Source: Felis catus (lineage: Eukaryota). Taken from it: 64,000 nt of DNA. Both the position numbers and the translations under genes were made by a program. The number at the start of each line of letters is the position of its first letter. Position 1 is the stretch's first letter. The stretch is from NCBI RefSeq assembly GCF_018350175.1, contig NC_058368.1:137642001-137706000 (forward strand), in the 5' to 3' direction. The notes under the pieces were generated by a model. It did no database searches. It was given only the letters and a program-made list of their open reading frames with translations, and was not told where the DNA came from. Shown here piece after piece: positions 11,811 to 25,218 of this stretch.

Positions 11811-12429
11811 TTTAAAAATGTGATTTTAAACTCTATTATATAATGAAATGTTAACATTTGAAAGGTCGGCATAACTCAGTGAATGAATATTTTCCACATG
11901 AGCACCACATGATATTACAAAATCATGTGCGTGTAAAAAATACATTCAACACACTAGATAGACCAATGGCTTTTCATGGAATAGACCACAAAATAATCAT
12001 GGCTATGATTTCAGATTCCATACTGCAATTAGCCTTTAAGAAACGGCCATGTGAGTTTTAGTGTCGTGTCAAAGAATACTATCTACAATTATCTGAAAAG
12101 CTTTAGAAATATTTCTATATTTCCAACTTACACATCTGTGTGAAACCAGATTCTCTTCATATAATTCAACCCAAACAGCACATTGCAACAGATTCAATGC
12201 AGAAATAGATACAAGAATCTGGCTGTCTTCTGTTCAGTTGGATACTTTTATAAAAATTTGCAAAATTGAAAAGAAATACCATTCTTCTCACCTTTCTTTT
12301 CCACTTTGGAAAAAATGTTATTTAACACATAAAGGGTATATAATTATAATTTTTATTTATTTTAATTTTAAAATTAATTAAAGTAAAAATTAAACAAATT
12401 TTTAATTTATTTTTAATTTTTTAAAAAGT

Positions 12430-12544
12430 TTACTTATTTGTTTATTTATTTATTTAAGTAATCTCTACACCCAACGTGGGGCTTGAACTCATGGTCCCAA
12501 GATTGAGTCACACGCCCTTCTAACTGAGCCAGGCAGGTGCCCCT
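12430..12544 (-). mobile_element. Short Can-SINE lacking the CT-rich region (old type)
   Basis: agtaatctctacacccaacgtggggcttgaactc...actgagccaggcaggtgcccc. Confidence 0.85.
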
Positions 12545-12894
12545 GTAATTTTTATCTTTATGTTTTAAGTTTTTTGAAGACCCTGGAGCGCTTTTAAATT
12601 TTTTCTAGCTTTATTGAGGTATAATTCACAAGTAAAATGATAAGATTTTAAAGTGTACAATGTGATGATATGATATACAATATACTAACATATTAATATA
12701 TTTGATATAAAATATACTAATTTTATAATGAATAAACAATATTTAATTTTCTTATTTTAATTTCTAATATGGTAAATACTAATATATATCACATAATCAA
12801 AAATTCTTTGGGTTCCTCCCTATATTTTAAGGGTATAAAAGGTTTTCAAGAGCCTAAGTGTTGAGAACAGCTGGCCTACACTACAGGGGTAGAA

Positions 12895-13570
12895 AAGGAC
12901 TGTTAAGGTGTCTTCCTAAAACACTACATTTCCCAGTCTCCTTTGCAGCTAAGTATGAGCATATGATTAAGTTCTGGCTAACTGGATGTAAGCAGAAGTT
13001 TTGGGATAGGACTTCCAGAAAGACTATGTGGAAAATACACAGCTAGGGGAATTCCTTTTCTGACTTCCTGATTTTTACTCATTCTGAAAGACTACAACTT
13101 ACATGTGATCACAGAAGATCTAGCAGCCAGCTTGGACCATGAGGTGACCCTGAGAAAAGAAGCTACTTATTATAAAGATGGAGGAGAGGGGCGCCTGGGT
13201 GGCTCAGTCGGTTGAGCGTCCGACTTCGGCTCAGGCCAACGATCTCCCGGTTTGTGAGTTCGAGCCCTGCGTTGGGCTCTGTGCTGACAGCTCAGAGCCT
13301 GGAGCCTGCTTTGGGTTCTGTGTCTCCCCCTCCCACTGCCCCTCTCCTGCTCATGCTGTCTCTCTCCGTTTCTTGATAATAAATAAATGTAAAAAAAAAA
13401 AAAAAAGAGGAGAAAGATAGAAAAAAAAGTTGGGTCTTTAGTGACTATTATGATGCTGCCTGATTGTCTACTCTAGATTTCTTTAAAATGAAAGAGAAAT
13501 AAAGTTGTAAATCTTGTTTAAGCCACTATTATTTTGACTTTACGGTTACATGTAGGGAAACCTAATTGGT
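12895..13570 (+). mobile_element. MaLR MLT1-type LTR, split by a SINE
   Basis: actacatttcccagtctcctttgcagctaag...gcagccagcttggaccatgagg...gagaaataaa...cttgtttaagccactattattttg. Confidence 0.7.
13188..13406 (+). mobile_element. Can-SINE (SINEC_Fc)
   Basis: GGGGCGCCTGGGTGGCTCAGTCGGTTGAGCG head, CT region, aataaa and poly(A). Confidence 0.95.
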
Positions 13571-14789
13571 TCCTTTAAGTGTGACAATGTGCTAAGATTA
13601 GCCACAAAGGACCCAGCTTTACATGGATTCTATAACTATTTCTCATGTATTTTTAAGATTGGGTTTCATCCGCATGACAACCATTGTATTAAGGTAACAT
13701 TAGTCACGGTTAGCATTGCAGGCTCTCAGAAATTCATTCAACCCTTTAAGCAACAAACATTTGGAGGCTCATCGTATTGGCATGCAGTGAGCCAGGCACT
13801 GGGTGTACATGCCCTCAGAGCTCTTGTGGTCCAGGGAGGTAGCCGCCACCCTCCAGGAACTGGTGCTGCCCTCACAGCTCTGCTGTGGGTCCCATGTTAA
13901 GATAAGTTAAGACTATTCTCAGTATGAAGAGAGAAGCAGACAGCTTGTCACTTAATTGGTGTTTCTGGGGCAGGACTTAAAATTCTCATGAGTAAATTTC
14001 ATTGTCACCCACACTCATTGAACCAGAATGGCCCAAATAAACAAAGAGGCTTCCCTCTCCCCTGTCCTTAATTTTGATGGGTTGACAAATCTCATTTCCA
14101 AGATTAGCCATGTCCGTTATTGAGTGCTCCTTCATGCTACACGGTCGATATAGTAAGTGGCTTGATTTGAAATACCGTTGTAGGAGGCCAACAAAGGTGG
14201 CCAAGGAACCACCTGTTACTAAACTCTTCTAAGCAAAGGTAACTTTTCGTGGAACCTCAAAGCAGTCTCTTCCCTTCAGTTGTACAAAGTCTATTACCAT
14301 ATACTGGGAGCATTATAGATGGGGACTGGGTAAAGAAGAGACATACAAAAGCCTTACTTATGAAGTCTGGAAGATTCCAGAGGAGACAGCATCTTCATGG
14401 TTACCAAAATTCCTCCAGGCTCCTTGGGTTTGGGGTGGATTCAGCCCAGACCTGACCAATGCACAGCCTGCTGAGTATTAAACACAATGATACTATTGAT
14501 TAAAAACAACAAAGTCAGCGGACTTGTAATTAGTAAGTCATGCTACCCTGATGGGGAAAGCAGGGAGGAGTAAAAGCCTAGGTTGAACTAGAACGCTAGC
14601 TCTGCCACTTACTAGCTAGGTGACTTTAGGCAAGTTGCTTAACCTCGCTGAGCGTGAGAGAACACGTTTAGGCACGTGTTCTCAGACAATGCTGTTCATT
14701 CTAGGAGGTGGACAAACAGACCAAAATGTGCTAACATAGCTGGAGAAATGACTTTTCTATTAATTTTTCCCTGCCATAATCTATCACTT

Positions 14790-15238
14790 TAGAATTAGAT
14801 GTGTTTTCATATAACTAAATCCCCCAAATGACATTACTTTAAACAAGGTAAGTTTATTTCTCTCCTCCATGTGAAAAGCCCAAAGGTAGGTAGTATAGGG
14901 CAGATCCCTATCATCAGTGTCCCAGACTCCTATCTTTCTGTCATCTTTAGTCACCAGCCAGCTTTCCTCTTCAGTCATCCCATAGTCCAAGATGGCTGCT
15001 GAAGCATGGCATTATGTCTACATCCTAGAAGGTGGAAGGAAGTAGAAAAAGACAAGAAGTGGGGGGGGGGGGGGCGGCACCTGGGGGGCTGAGTCAGTTG
15101 CGTGTCTGACTTCAGCTCAGGTCATGATCTCACTGCTAGTGAGTCCGAGCCCCGCGTCGGGCTCTGTGCTGACAGCTCAGAGCCTGGAGCCTGTTTCAGA
15201 TTCTGTCTCTCCCTCTCTCTCTGCCCCTCCCCTGCTTG

Positions 15239-15297
<59 letters not shown>

Positions 15298-15450
15298 ATA
15301 AAACAAAACTTAAAAAAAAAAATTTAAAGAAAAGAAAAAAGGGCATACCTCACACCTGATTCGATTCTCTTAAAACCTTCACCCCATCGACCGGAATGTG
15401 GTCCTGTGGCTTCACCAAGCTGTAAAGGAATTCTGGGAAACACAGCTGTT
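14790..15450 (-). mobile_element. MLT1-type LTR remnant split by a SINE
   Basis: ttaaacaaggtaagtttatttctctc...ccaagatggctgctgaagc...agctgtaaaggaattctgggaaa. Confidence 0.55.
15071..15340 (+). mobile_element. Can-SINE with expanded (CT)n, preceded by poly-G
   Basis: Canonical body, long (CT)n, A-rich tail. Confidence 0.93.
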
Positions 15451-16652
15451 CGCTGTTACTGTTGTTCTATTACAAGGGGGAAACTTGTAGAATGGATACT
15501 GGGCAAGCAACTGCAGCCTCTTCCATACTTGGTTCTCTCTCTCTCTCGCTCACTCGCTTCGGTTTAGATTCAACTATCTGCTCAAGAATTTGGAACGTTT
15601 CAGAAAACGTTTGTTTTGAATCCCTCTGCTGAACCCAAAATATTAACTTTGAAATGCCAAGTATAAATACACATGCCAGAAGCAAGGTTTCGGCCAAAGA
15701 AGCTTGACTTATAATTTCAGAACGACAGATGCACTCATCAGCAGGGAAGCATCAATGAGTTACAGAGCATCTAAGTTGTACAACAGGCAAGCTTTGACTG
15801 AACCACAACACCAAGGACTTGCTGTGTCACATATTTGTCTCGTTTCTCTCAGTTTTTGTGGGATTTTCAGTGTAACCCATCCTCACATTTGAAGGACATT
15901 AGTTGTTATGGAAACAGGGACATTAAATTCACATGGCAGGATTTAATGGTATTGACATAATCAAAACAAAGTGCGTTCATTCCAGAAGCTAGGATTTAAG
16001 GACTTGAGTTCTTCGGAGTTTAACTTGCTCCCTGAGTTTGTGGTGGGGAGGGAGAGGGGAGAGTGTAGGAAGCCAGACACCTTTGGGAGCTGCCATAACT
16101 TCTTTGGGGCATTAGAGCTATATTTAGTGCAATTAAGTTGCTAATTCAGTAAAAATGACTACAGTTTCCTTGTGGCCCCAGAGAATAAAATGCAGCTGCT
16201 AACGGTGGCTGATTTATAACATAGGCACCGGGGGAAATAAGCCAGATTCTTCCGAGGGCCTAAATCACTCAGCCAGGCGATCAAAACAGCATGCTTGCCC
16301 TGGGCAGAGCACCAGAGTTGTGCAGCCTCCAAAACTGGGCTTGACAAACTCCCTGTTTTCAGCAGGATTAGACCCCTGCCTCTCCCTCATCCCTCAGAAG
16401 GATGCAAGAAGTAGAAGAGAGCCTTCAAAGACTCAGAGGTCGGTACTTATGTTCTCCTCAGCCTCAATCGCAACCCAAGGGAAACTGGGACTCAAAAGGC
16501 AGAAAAGTATGTATTTCGTCTGTGATCTCCCCTACTAGCAAGTTAAGGTCATTGAAGATGGCATATGTGTGTGGGCAGGACCGATTTGAAGGGCTAGCCG
16601 ATTGTACACCCCACACCCCCCAGGTGGACGCCATTCACAGCACAGTCTAAGT

Positions 16653-16827
16653 CAGTGGTTCTCAAACATGGCTGCATATTAGAGCCACCTGAACAGTTTG
16701 AAAAATTCCAAAGCCCAGGCTGCATCTCAGAGCAACTAAATCAGACACTAGAGGAGGGACCAAGATGCCAATAATGTTTAAAGCTTCCCAGGTGACTCCA
16801 ATGTGCCACCACGTTTAAGAACCAATG
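16653..16827. mobile_element. MER5A-like hAT MITE
   Basis: TIRs cagtggttctcaaac...gtttaagaaccaatg; degenerate 8-bp TSD gtctaagt/gtctgact. Confidence 0.8.
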
Positions 16828-17865
16828 GTCTGACTCACGTAGACTTTGATGCGAATGGTGTCCCCTGCAGCTATACTGGGGACAGTTTGCACAGACTCAC
16901 ATCACAGCCCTGGGCAGGGGTGTGACAGCCTCTACACAGAGGCTTTTCACTTAACGTTGTCTGCTGGGAATTTTTTTCCCTTCTTGTTTTCTTCTTCGAG
17001 TTTATGATTCCTACAGAAAGATTTAGAAGATGGACTTTGCAAGGGAGATCAGCGCTTGTGATGAAGCCTCATCCTCGCCAGACTTCTCCCTCGAGCTGGG
17101 GCCTCAAATCAGGTGGCCCCGCTGACCCCTCCCCGCCACCAAAAGGCCTCATGTTTCACACATGGGAAACAGTCAGTGGTCCTTAGTAGAACATGGGCAT
17201 AGGTAAATAATGCAGGGGCAAACCATGCTAGGAGAAGAAAGTTCTGGGTGCTGAGAGGGAGACAATGACCAACAGAAGGGAGTGCTAAATAGCTATGAAT
17301 CTGGCTGAGGGCCTCCCCTCAGCCTTGTCAAAGGCAGTGAGTCAAAGGGGCCTGCTACACTGTCCTGGTGAGCCAGCAGGGAGTCCAGGACCTCAGGGGG
17401 CCCTTGCACTCACCTGCAGTCACCAGGTCTCTGGACCACATGCAGTAGAGCACAGCAGCCAAGGGCCGACTCCTGGAGTCACAGGATTTGGCCCCTTACT
17501 GGCCGAGTAACTTTGGGAATGTCTGAGAAAATTGTCATACCGCTGCCCCCTGTATCTGTTGAGTGGAAGAGTCTGTGCCTCTTAGCGTGGCCGTGAGGCC
17601 CAGCTCAGTGCTTATCATGTGCCCAGAGCCCCGGCAGGAGCTTTGTAAATGAAGCCAATGGTATTCCTGCCCAGGCTTCGGGTCTAAGATTTCATTGCCT
17701 TCACCAGGGAAAGTCAGCAGAGGGAACCGGTCACCCTCCAGCTACCCTACCCTACCCCTGATCTGAAGGTGCTCTGTCACCAGGCCGTGGTGTGTGTTTC
17801 ATGGATCCACTGATAACAGAACACTTCCAGCAGAAGACAGTAAACTCTAAGGTTGTGGTGTGGTC

Positions 17866-18082
17866 TTTTTCCTTTTTTTAACATTTATTTATTATTGAAG
17901 GACAGAAAGGGTCAGCATGAGCAGGGGAGGGGCAGAGGGAGAGGGAGACACAGAATCCGAAGCAGGCTCCAGGCTCTGAGCTGTCGGCACAGAGCCGGAC
18001 GCGGGGCTCGAACTCACAAACTGTGAGATCATGACCCGAGCCGAGGTCGGACGCTCAACTGACTGAGCCACCCAGGCGCCCC
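17866..18082 (-). mobile_element. Can-SINE (SINEC_Fc)
   Basis: Full length; TSD tggtcttttt. Confidence 0.95.
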
Positions 18083-19477
18083 TGGTTTGGTCTTTTTCTT
18101 TAAGAATCTGGAATGGTGTTTTTAAAAAGTACGTTCTGGAGTCAGAATGGGCTCATCTCATTCCATCCTTCTGTTCTGACCCGTGACAAGTACTTGCCCT
18201 CTCTATCTCAGTTTCTGCCAACCTCGGTCCTGCTTAACTCCAAGTACTCCCAGAGAGCCCCGTTTTCCAGGAGTTCCCACTCCAAAGTGTCCCCCCCCGC
18301 CCCCCCGGATAGAACTTCCTTATGTCAAAAATAGAGTTCTTGCTTCCTAGGGCAATCATTACTCAAGAAACGCTTCCCACATTGGATCACGTACCTCGAT
18401 GTGCCCCATTAAGTCACCTCTCTTCTTTCCCATTGCTCCTGTAGGTGGACTGTGTCCTGTTTCAGCAGAGCCGACATATTTACTCCAAGACACTTGTGCC
18501 ATTTAAAATGGACATTTTCTCCCAAGCGCGCCACCCCACGGCCTGCCAGGCTGCTGCATGCCAACACGGGGCTTGGGAGGGGTGCATGCACAAACTGGCT
18601 ATTCCTAAACCTAAGAATAACTTGCACCCTGTGCGATGAACTATTTTGTGTTTATTCACGGCCTGAGCCCCACCCACATTCAACTTGACATCACTGTTTC
18701 CATAGTAAGTAATAATCTTCAAATGGAATACAGCAGGAACTGAAAGCCCCACAAAATGCAGCCAAATGAGACAAACATGTTCCTTAAACAATGGATACAA
18801 TAGTGTGGTGTGGCCGCAAGCCTATGCATTTATGTTCCAGATGACTTCCATATCTCAACCCCTGGTTCTTCCATTCAACAAGGAATGGGGAGGATTTGCA
18901 ACTATGCAAATAATACACCACAACCTCACATATCCTATGGGAGCACATATTTATATAGAGAGACACGACTCACATTAACTGTTAAGACGTATTCACGCAA
19001 TCCTGCATCTGGAACATGTGTTAATCCTCAACGTTTCAAAGTAAGTATTTGGACTTTAGTTCTTTACAGAATTTAAAATAGACCTTGGAACCTTGCTCTC
19101 ATTCGTTGTTTGTAGCCCTCACTTAGCGCCCAGGATAGGTTCTTTTCATGGCTGCCTACGTTTTGATGTTTAGGTGTTAAATATAAGCTCTTTAAGGGCA
19201 GCGGCCCTGTCCTATAACAGATACCACCATTTCTCAGAACTGAGCACAGAGTCTTACACACAGAGGTAGTTGTTTATGTTTACGGATGGACAGAAAGCAT
19301 AACACTGCCCAAGAGAAAAGAGAATCCATATGACAGGTAGTATCTGAACACACATAAGGGCATTTTGTTCCTGGACATTGTAGAAAGACATGAACACATC
19401 CTTACCTTCATGCCTCGAAGTGTGGTCCATGAGTCAGCAATGTGACATCCTAGAGGTTGTTAGAAATGCAGAATCTT

Positions 19478-19707
19478 GGGGCGCCTGGGTGGCGCAGTCG
19501 GTTGAGCGTCCGACTTCAGCTCAGGTCACGATCTCGCGGTCCGTGAGTTCGAGCCCCGCGTCGGGCTCTGGGCTGATGGCTCAGAGCCTGGAGCCTGCTT
19601 CCGATTCTGTGTCTCCTTCTCTCTCTGCCCCTCCCCCATTCATGCTCTGTCTCTCTCTGTCTCAAAAATAAATAAAAATGTTAAAAAAAAATTTTTTTTT
19701 AAAAAAA
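19478..19707 (+). mobile_element. Can-SINE (SINEC_Fc, young)
   Basis: Perfect 16-bp TSD agaaatgcagaatctt (19462 and 19708). Confidence 0.97.
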
Positions 19708-19835
19708 AGAAATGCAGAATCTTAGGCTTACACCTCTGGTCTTTACCACCTTCACATGCATGGTTGCAAGTGGTATTCAGGAGAGAGAGAGAAAAGCCAA
19801 TGATAACATTTACTGAGTTCAAACAGAGCCTAGGA

Positions 19836-20019
19836 CGGGGGGTGCGGGGGAGGGGGGAAGATAGGGGCTGGGCATTGAGGAGGGCACTTGTTGGGATGAG
19901 CACCGGGTATTGCCGCGATGAATCACGGGCATCTACACCCAAAACCAAGAGCACTCAGTATACACTGTATGTTAGCCAACTTGACAATACATTATATTAA
20001 AAAAAAAAAAAAAAAAAGA
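19836..20019 (+). mobile_element. Severely 5'-truncated carnivore L1 3' end
   Basis: Homologous to the L1 3' UTR at ~58135-58297 in this window; poly(A) tail; TSD agagcctagga (19825, 20020). Confidence 0.9.
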
Positions 20020-20428
20020 AGAGCCTAGGAGGTAGGTACTATCATTATTCCATTTCGCTAGCTAGTAAGTTGTGGAGATAGAATCAAACCTACAGAGTAC
20101 ATGCCCGTAAGTGCATTGCAACTTACAGTCAGGTGGAGCTTCCTTCATGAGGCATTTGCATATTGATAGGACTTAAGGCAGCCTATATTCTATATGTTAC
20201 ATGAGTACTACATGCTTATCGTAGAACAATTTGAAAATACCGGTGAACAAAAAGAAGTAGAAACCACCCAATAATGGTAGCATAGTTATTATTTTAATAA
20301 ATACTCTTCCATATATCATTTGTTGAATATTTACGAGTGTCTATATGCATATATGTATATATTCCCTCACGTTTTTAACAAAAAAAGGAATCACAGTATC
20401 CATGCTATTTTGTGACTTTCCCCATTTT

Positions 20429-20650
20429 TTTTAAATTTTTTTTTTCAACATTTATTTATTTTTGGGACAGAGAGAGACAGAGCATGAACAGGGGAGGGGC
20501 AGAGAGAGAGAGGGAGACACAGAATCGGAAACAGGCTCCAGGCTCTGAGCCATCAGCCCAGAGCCCGACGCGGGGCTCGAACTCACCGACCGCGAGATCG
20601 TGACCTGGCTGAAGTCGGACGCTCAACCGACTGCGCCACCCAGGCGCCCC
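20429..20650 (-). mobile_element. Can-SINE (SINEC_Fc, young)
   Basis: 17-bp TSD gtgactttccccatttt (20412, 20651); CpGs intact. Confidence 0.97.
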
Positions 20651-21799
20651 GTGACTTTCCCCATTTTAAAATATCTTTTGAAGTTTAGATCTCTCCACTT
20701 TTCACCGTCTCCTCTTCTCCGCACGTGTTTTTAATTCCCACCCACTCTTGAAGGATTCGCTCAGGGTTCACCTCCTCCAAGAAGCCTCCCTTGATCACCC
20801 AGACCACGGGTGGCAGTGATGCTTAGCTGACACTGCCAGCCTGGCCACCTCTGCCAGTATGCCTGTGACCCTCATTCCTGGGCCACACCAGCTCAGAACA
20901 GGGTTTGAATGATATTCACAGGACATTGGCCCCCAGCTCCAGCCTCTGCTCATGGAAATTCGGCAGCCACATCAAGTTTCTGTCTCCAGGTTCCAGGGTG
21001 CTCTTGGATGCCTCACACATGTGTCCCATCTGTCCTCTTCTGTGACCCAGTGTGTCTGTCCTCCCCGTGCTGGCTGCTCCCGGCACTAACTTGTCCACTG
21101 TGAGCACCTATCCTCTCCTGGCCATAGCTGACAGTCAGCTGCTGGCTGGGCCGGATTAGAATTAACAAATGAAATTGCCAATATTCTCCGGTTTTTGACC
21201 TACTTCCGTGGCATTTTCCTGAGGTTCACCCAAATACTCCCACTCTTGCATTCCATGTGACCGCTCCTCTGCTGAGCTCTGACAGCTGTTCCCAGTGCCT
21301 GGAGTAGACCCACCCGCCTGCCTCATGCTCCTTCATTAGGGCACAAAGCAGAGCAAAGTCCCTCAAGCTTCTGGTGGGCGAGGTCTTTCACTGAACCTCG
21401 CCTTTCTTCCAGGTGACAGGACCTTCTCGTGTAGAGGCTGCCCAAGTGTCTTTGGGGACACCACACCACGAAGACAATCTGAGTTACCTGTACCGGGTAG
21501 TACTCAGAACGGCCCCTCTTCACCAACTGCTCACCTATGTGACTGGCTCGGCTTGGGCACCATGGGGGTGCCCCCCCCCCCCGTATCCGGTCACTGTCTG
21601 GTAAGCGAAGGGTGCCCTGCTTCTCCACCGCTTGGTAGCACCATCTCCCCCATGAAACTGCTGCCTCCTGGCCTCTCTCATGCTCAAACACCCCACATTT
21701 CTCAGGGGTGTCAGCTCGCACCTTTGCTCTGGGGTCCTTGTTGTAATTAGTCTCCTCTCTCTACCAGCCTGCATGGGATCCCACTGGCAGGCTCAGCCA

Positions 21800-21992
21800 G
21801 GCTTTGAGTTCCGGCTCTAACACTTGCTAGCTTGCCTTAGTTTCTTTGGCCGCTCAATGTCTCATTTTTCTTGGCTGCTAAAAGGAGATGATAAGAGTGC
21901 CTGGTTCACTGAGTAGTTTTGAAGAGTTAAAAAGAATCACCCATGAGAGAGGCTTAGAGCAATGCCCAGAACACCGCAAGCCCGTAATAAAA
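21800..21992 (+). mobile_element. MIR
   Basis: ttgagttccggctctaacacttgctagc...ctcaatgtctcatttttctt...aaaaggagatgataagagtgcct...gcttagagcaatgcccagaacaccgcaagcccgtaataaa. Confidence 0.65.
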
Positions 21993-22989
21993 CCTGGCAT
22001 GAAGCCCCTGACAACATCTCCTTCCCCTTAGCACTTGGGTCTGTGCCTGATACCCCCATGGTGGGTGATTAAAGCTACCTGTAAGGAAACGGAGGCAGCT
22101 GTCCTGTGCTAATTATAGAGAAAGCGGACTGCAATGAGAGAGAGTGAGTAAGGGCATGGAGGAGTCTGTGTCAGAGGGGCGCTGCACCCCAGTCTCCTAG
22201 CCCCTGGTCATATCCCTCATCTCTGGGGGACATTTCCGCCCAGCATCCACAAACACCCAGGTACTGGCCGGGTGCTTCTGGAAACCTCAGGCTAGAGCTG
22301 TGCAAATTTCAGAACCTTGGAAAAAAGTGTCCTCACTCCATAAAGCAGCCATTTAAGTCCCAAGAACCTGGGGACCAACTGGAAGACATCATAAACGTCA
22401 GGATCTGATGGCTTCAAAAGCACATTATTCAGCTCCAAATATATACAAAGAGTCCAGATTGATGTACAGCTTCTGAAGATCTGTGCAAATTTCAGGCCGA
22501 AAAACAAGAGGGGGCTGTGCAGGGAGAAATACTCCAAACTGTCAGCACTAGGCAAGCGCTGGTTCCTGGGACCAGGCTGGGACTCTTGACACACACATGT
22601 GACTTTGGAGCCTGCTCCACTGGAACCCGCTGACAAAATGCCCCCACCCCACCCCACACCCCCAGCAGCTTTGCTTTCATCTTGGCTACCCCTTCTATGC
22701 ACCACCATGGCTTTCATATATAGCGTCATAATAATACATATTAAGTTTATATTTAGCCCTACTTTCACGGGAGAGACGAACGTAACCAACTCCTTTGGTG
22801 AATGAGCATTATAGAAACACAACAGCATGAATAGGCATGAGGGGGTCATGATGCATGTGGACGTACGGTGGGTTTGCCTGGTGGTGAGCATTCTCAGTAA
22901 GTTCCCCAGCCCTCGGCGAGGAGTGCTCCTAAAGATTCAAGACTTTTGAAGTGTCTGCCACATGGGGATGCAGCAGCCATGCATTTTCA

Positions 22990-23161
22990 CAGGACCAGCT
23001 ATACAATCGGCACGTGAGTGCAAAATGAAACTGGGGCTCCTCGTCCAAAACGTATTAAGAGTTTCAAGATGGAGACGGCAGGGCATTGAAGTGCGGGGGG
23101 CTCTTTTAAGTATGAGGTCCTGGGTGACTGGACAGGTCACAGAGCCATAGCATTAGCCCTG
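22990..23161 (-). mobile_element. MER45A-like hAT-Tip100 MITE
   Basis: caggaccagcta...agtgcaaaatgaaa...ttaagagtttcaagatgg...acaggtcaca...agccctg matches the reverse complement of MER45A as I recall it. Confidence 0.75.
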
Positions 23162-24358
23162 CATTTCAGGCCACCGTATCGAATTCAGGGAATGTCACAT
23201 TCCCTTATTTCTCCAAAATGAAATTTAGCAGCCAAAGAAATTAGGGTGCTCCCTTCCCCTATCCTGGGAGCCTACAAGAAATGTGGGCTTATATGGCACT
23301 ACCCAATGGCAGGGGTAGGAAGGGAGGCTGTGTCCTTGGGCCCTGGTGGTATCCCTCTTTACCACTGCTCCTCTGGCTACATGAAGCTACAGCTGATCCC
23401 AGTCCCTCACCATCTGTCTTCTGGGCCCTCCCAGCAACTCAGAGAGGACCTCAGAGCTCTCCTCCTCCCTTACCACAGACCTGGCATCCACTAGCCACCC
23501 AATCTCTGCCTCCCCATGTTCCTCGACCCTCCCACGCCTTGCAAGCCTGGGAGAAGTTAGAACCCTTTCTCCAGATCTGGCTGCTTCCATCTAGTCAAGG
23601 CATGGCTCTTCACCCTCCCTTCTGAGATGTTTCCAGATTAATGCCCCTCCGAAGGCCTGCTGCCCCTCCGCCTGAGGTGGGAAAGGGGAAAACAGACGCT
23701 TACCGCATTGAGACAAGTTTCGAATATTCTCACCCCTGTTGGCTTCACCAAGGTCGTGGTGAGATGACGGCCTCCCATCTTCTGGGTCTTCAAGTGCCTT
23801 TCACCTTTTGCACCTGTGGAGAACTGCGGAGACCCATGGGAGATGGAGAGGGGTAGGTGGGTGGAGTAAATGCAGGTGACTAAGGGGGAGACCTTACTGA
23901 ATTCCAACTCCACTCCTTCCGTTGCTATGACCTTAATTTCCCCATCCGGGGAATGGGTGACAGGCCTGTCACTGCCCGGGATGGTCGGGACGGGGAAATC
24001 AGACGCAGCACGTACCCAGCCCTTGTCCATGTTTAGCTCTCTCTCCTCTCTTCCCTTTCTCTCATCTGCTAACCCCAAAGCAACTCCAAGCCAGAGGAGA
24101 TCAAGGAGTTTTACAGATTTGGAAAACTGTCTCAAGATGTTCATAACAGACCGTTGAGTGAAAAGGCAGGCAATCAACATCCCGCCTGATTTCATTTCTG
24201 TAATGTTGCGCACATATCCATTTGAACCAGAAATATTTGGAAGCATATTCACCCAAATGTTAATAGTGGTCTTCTCTGGGGGCTTGGATTTCAGGTGATC
24301 ATTACCTTGTCCTTTGTACCTTTATAAATCGTCTTAATTTTTTGCAATGAATATGTCT

Positions 24359-24564
24359 TTTTTATTTTGTTTATTTAGTTTTTTTTGAGAGAGAGCGTGC
24401 ACGTGTGCTCGCCAGGGAAGGTAAGAGGGAGGGAAAGAGGGAATCTTAATCAGGTTCCACGCTGTCAGCACAGAGCCCGACGTGGGGCTGTGTCACAACC
24501 AAGCGATCACGACCGGAGTGAAAATCAAGTCGGAGGCTTAAACCAACTGAGCTACCCAGGCGCT
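24359..24564 (-). mobile_element. Can-SINE (diverged) inside an old L1 3' fragment
   Basis: TSD gaatatgtctt. Confidence 0.85.
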
Positions 24565-24734
24565 GAAAGAATATGTCTTAAAAAACAAAAAAACATACAA
24601 AAAAAACCTTGAAAATGTTGTAAAACGCAATTATCTAGGATGAGAGTGGTTAGTTTAGAAAATTTCTAAAGGTGAATGCATGACACTGTTTGAGGACACA
24701 GGGCAAAGATACGAGCATACAATGCAAGCTCTCC

Positions 24735-25218
24735 GGGCGCCTGGGTGGCTCAGTCAGGTAAATGTTCGACTCCTGATTTCTGCTCAGGTCACGATCTCAT
24801 GGTTTGTGAGATGGAACCCCGCGTAGGGCCCCTCACTGACAGCACGCAGCCTGCCTGGGCTTCTCTCTCTCCCTCTCTCTCTGGCTTTTCCCCATTCATG
24901 TGTGCTCCCTCTCTCTCTCTCTCTCTAAAAATAAAGAAATAACCTTCATTTTAAAAAAAATTTTTTTTTCAACGTTTATTTATTTTTGGGACAGAAAGAG
25001 ACAGAGCATGAGCAGGGGAGGGGCAGAGAGAGAGAGGGAGACACAGAATCGGAAACAGGCTCCAGGCTCTGAGCCATCAGCCCAGAGCCCGACGCGGGGC
25101 TCGAACTCACGGACCGCGAGATCGTGACCTGGCTGAAGTCGGACGCTTAACCGACTGCGCCACCCAGGCGCCCCAACCTTCATTTTTTTTAAATTAAAAA
25201 AAATAGAATTAAAAAAAA
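24735..25218 (+). mobile_element. Can-SINE whose tail holds a younger antisense SINE
   Basis: Outer TSD aatg(c/t)aagctct (24721, 25218). Confidence 0.9.
24961..25174 (-). mobile_element. Nested young Can-SINE (SINEC_Fc)
   Basis: TSD aaccttcatttt (24941, 25175). Confidence 0.96.

Larger units (their letters stand above)
11380..12873 (+). mobile_element. hAT-Charlie (Charlie1-like) DNA transposon remnant with decayed transposase, interrupted by two SINEs and an L1 scrap
   Basis: Translates to WLLRLVYLADSLSKLNKVSLSLQGK*...FKRKL (hAT transposase WLxxLxYLAD...LSLQG motif). Near 12135 reads LCETRFSSYNSTQTAHCNRF (hAT dimerisation-domain-like). Ends in TIR-like gttgagaacagctg. Confidence 0.8.

Noticed and set aside
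22292..24252. 199-aa and 204-aa minus-strand ORFs
   Set aside because: No family resemblance or exon structure; the second starts within an old L1 fragment.
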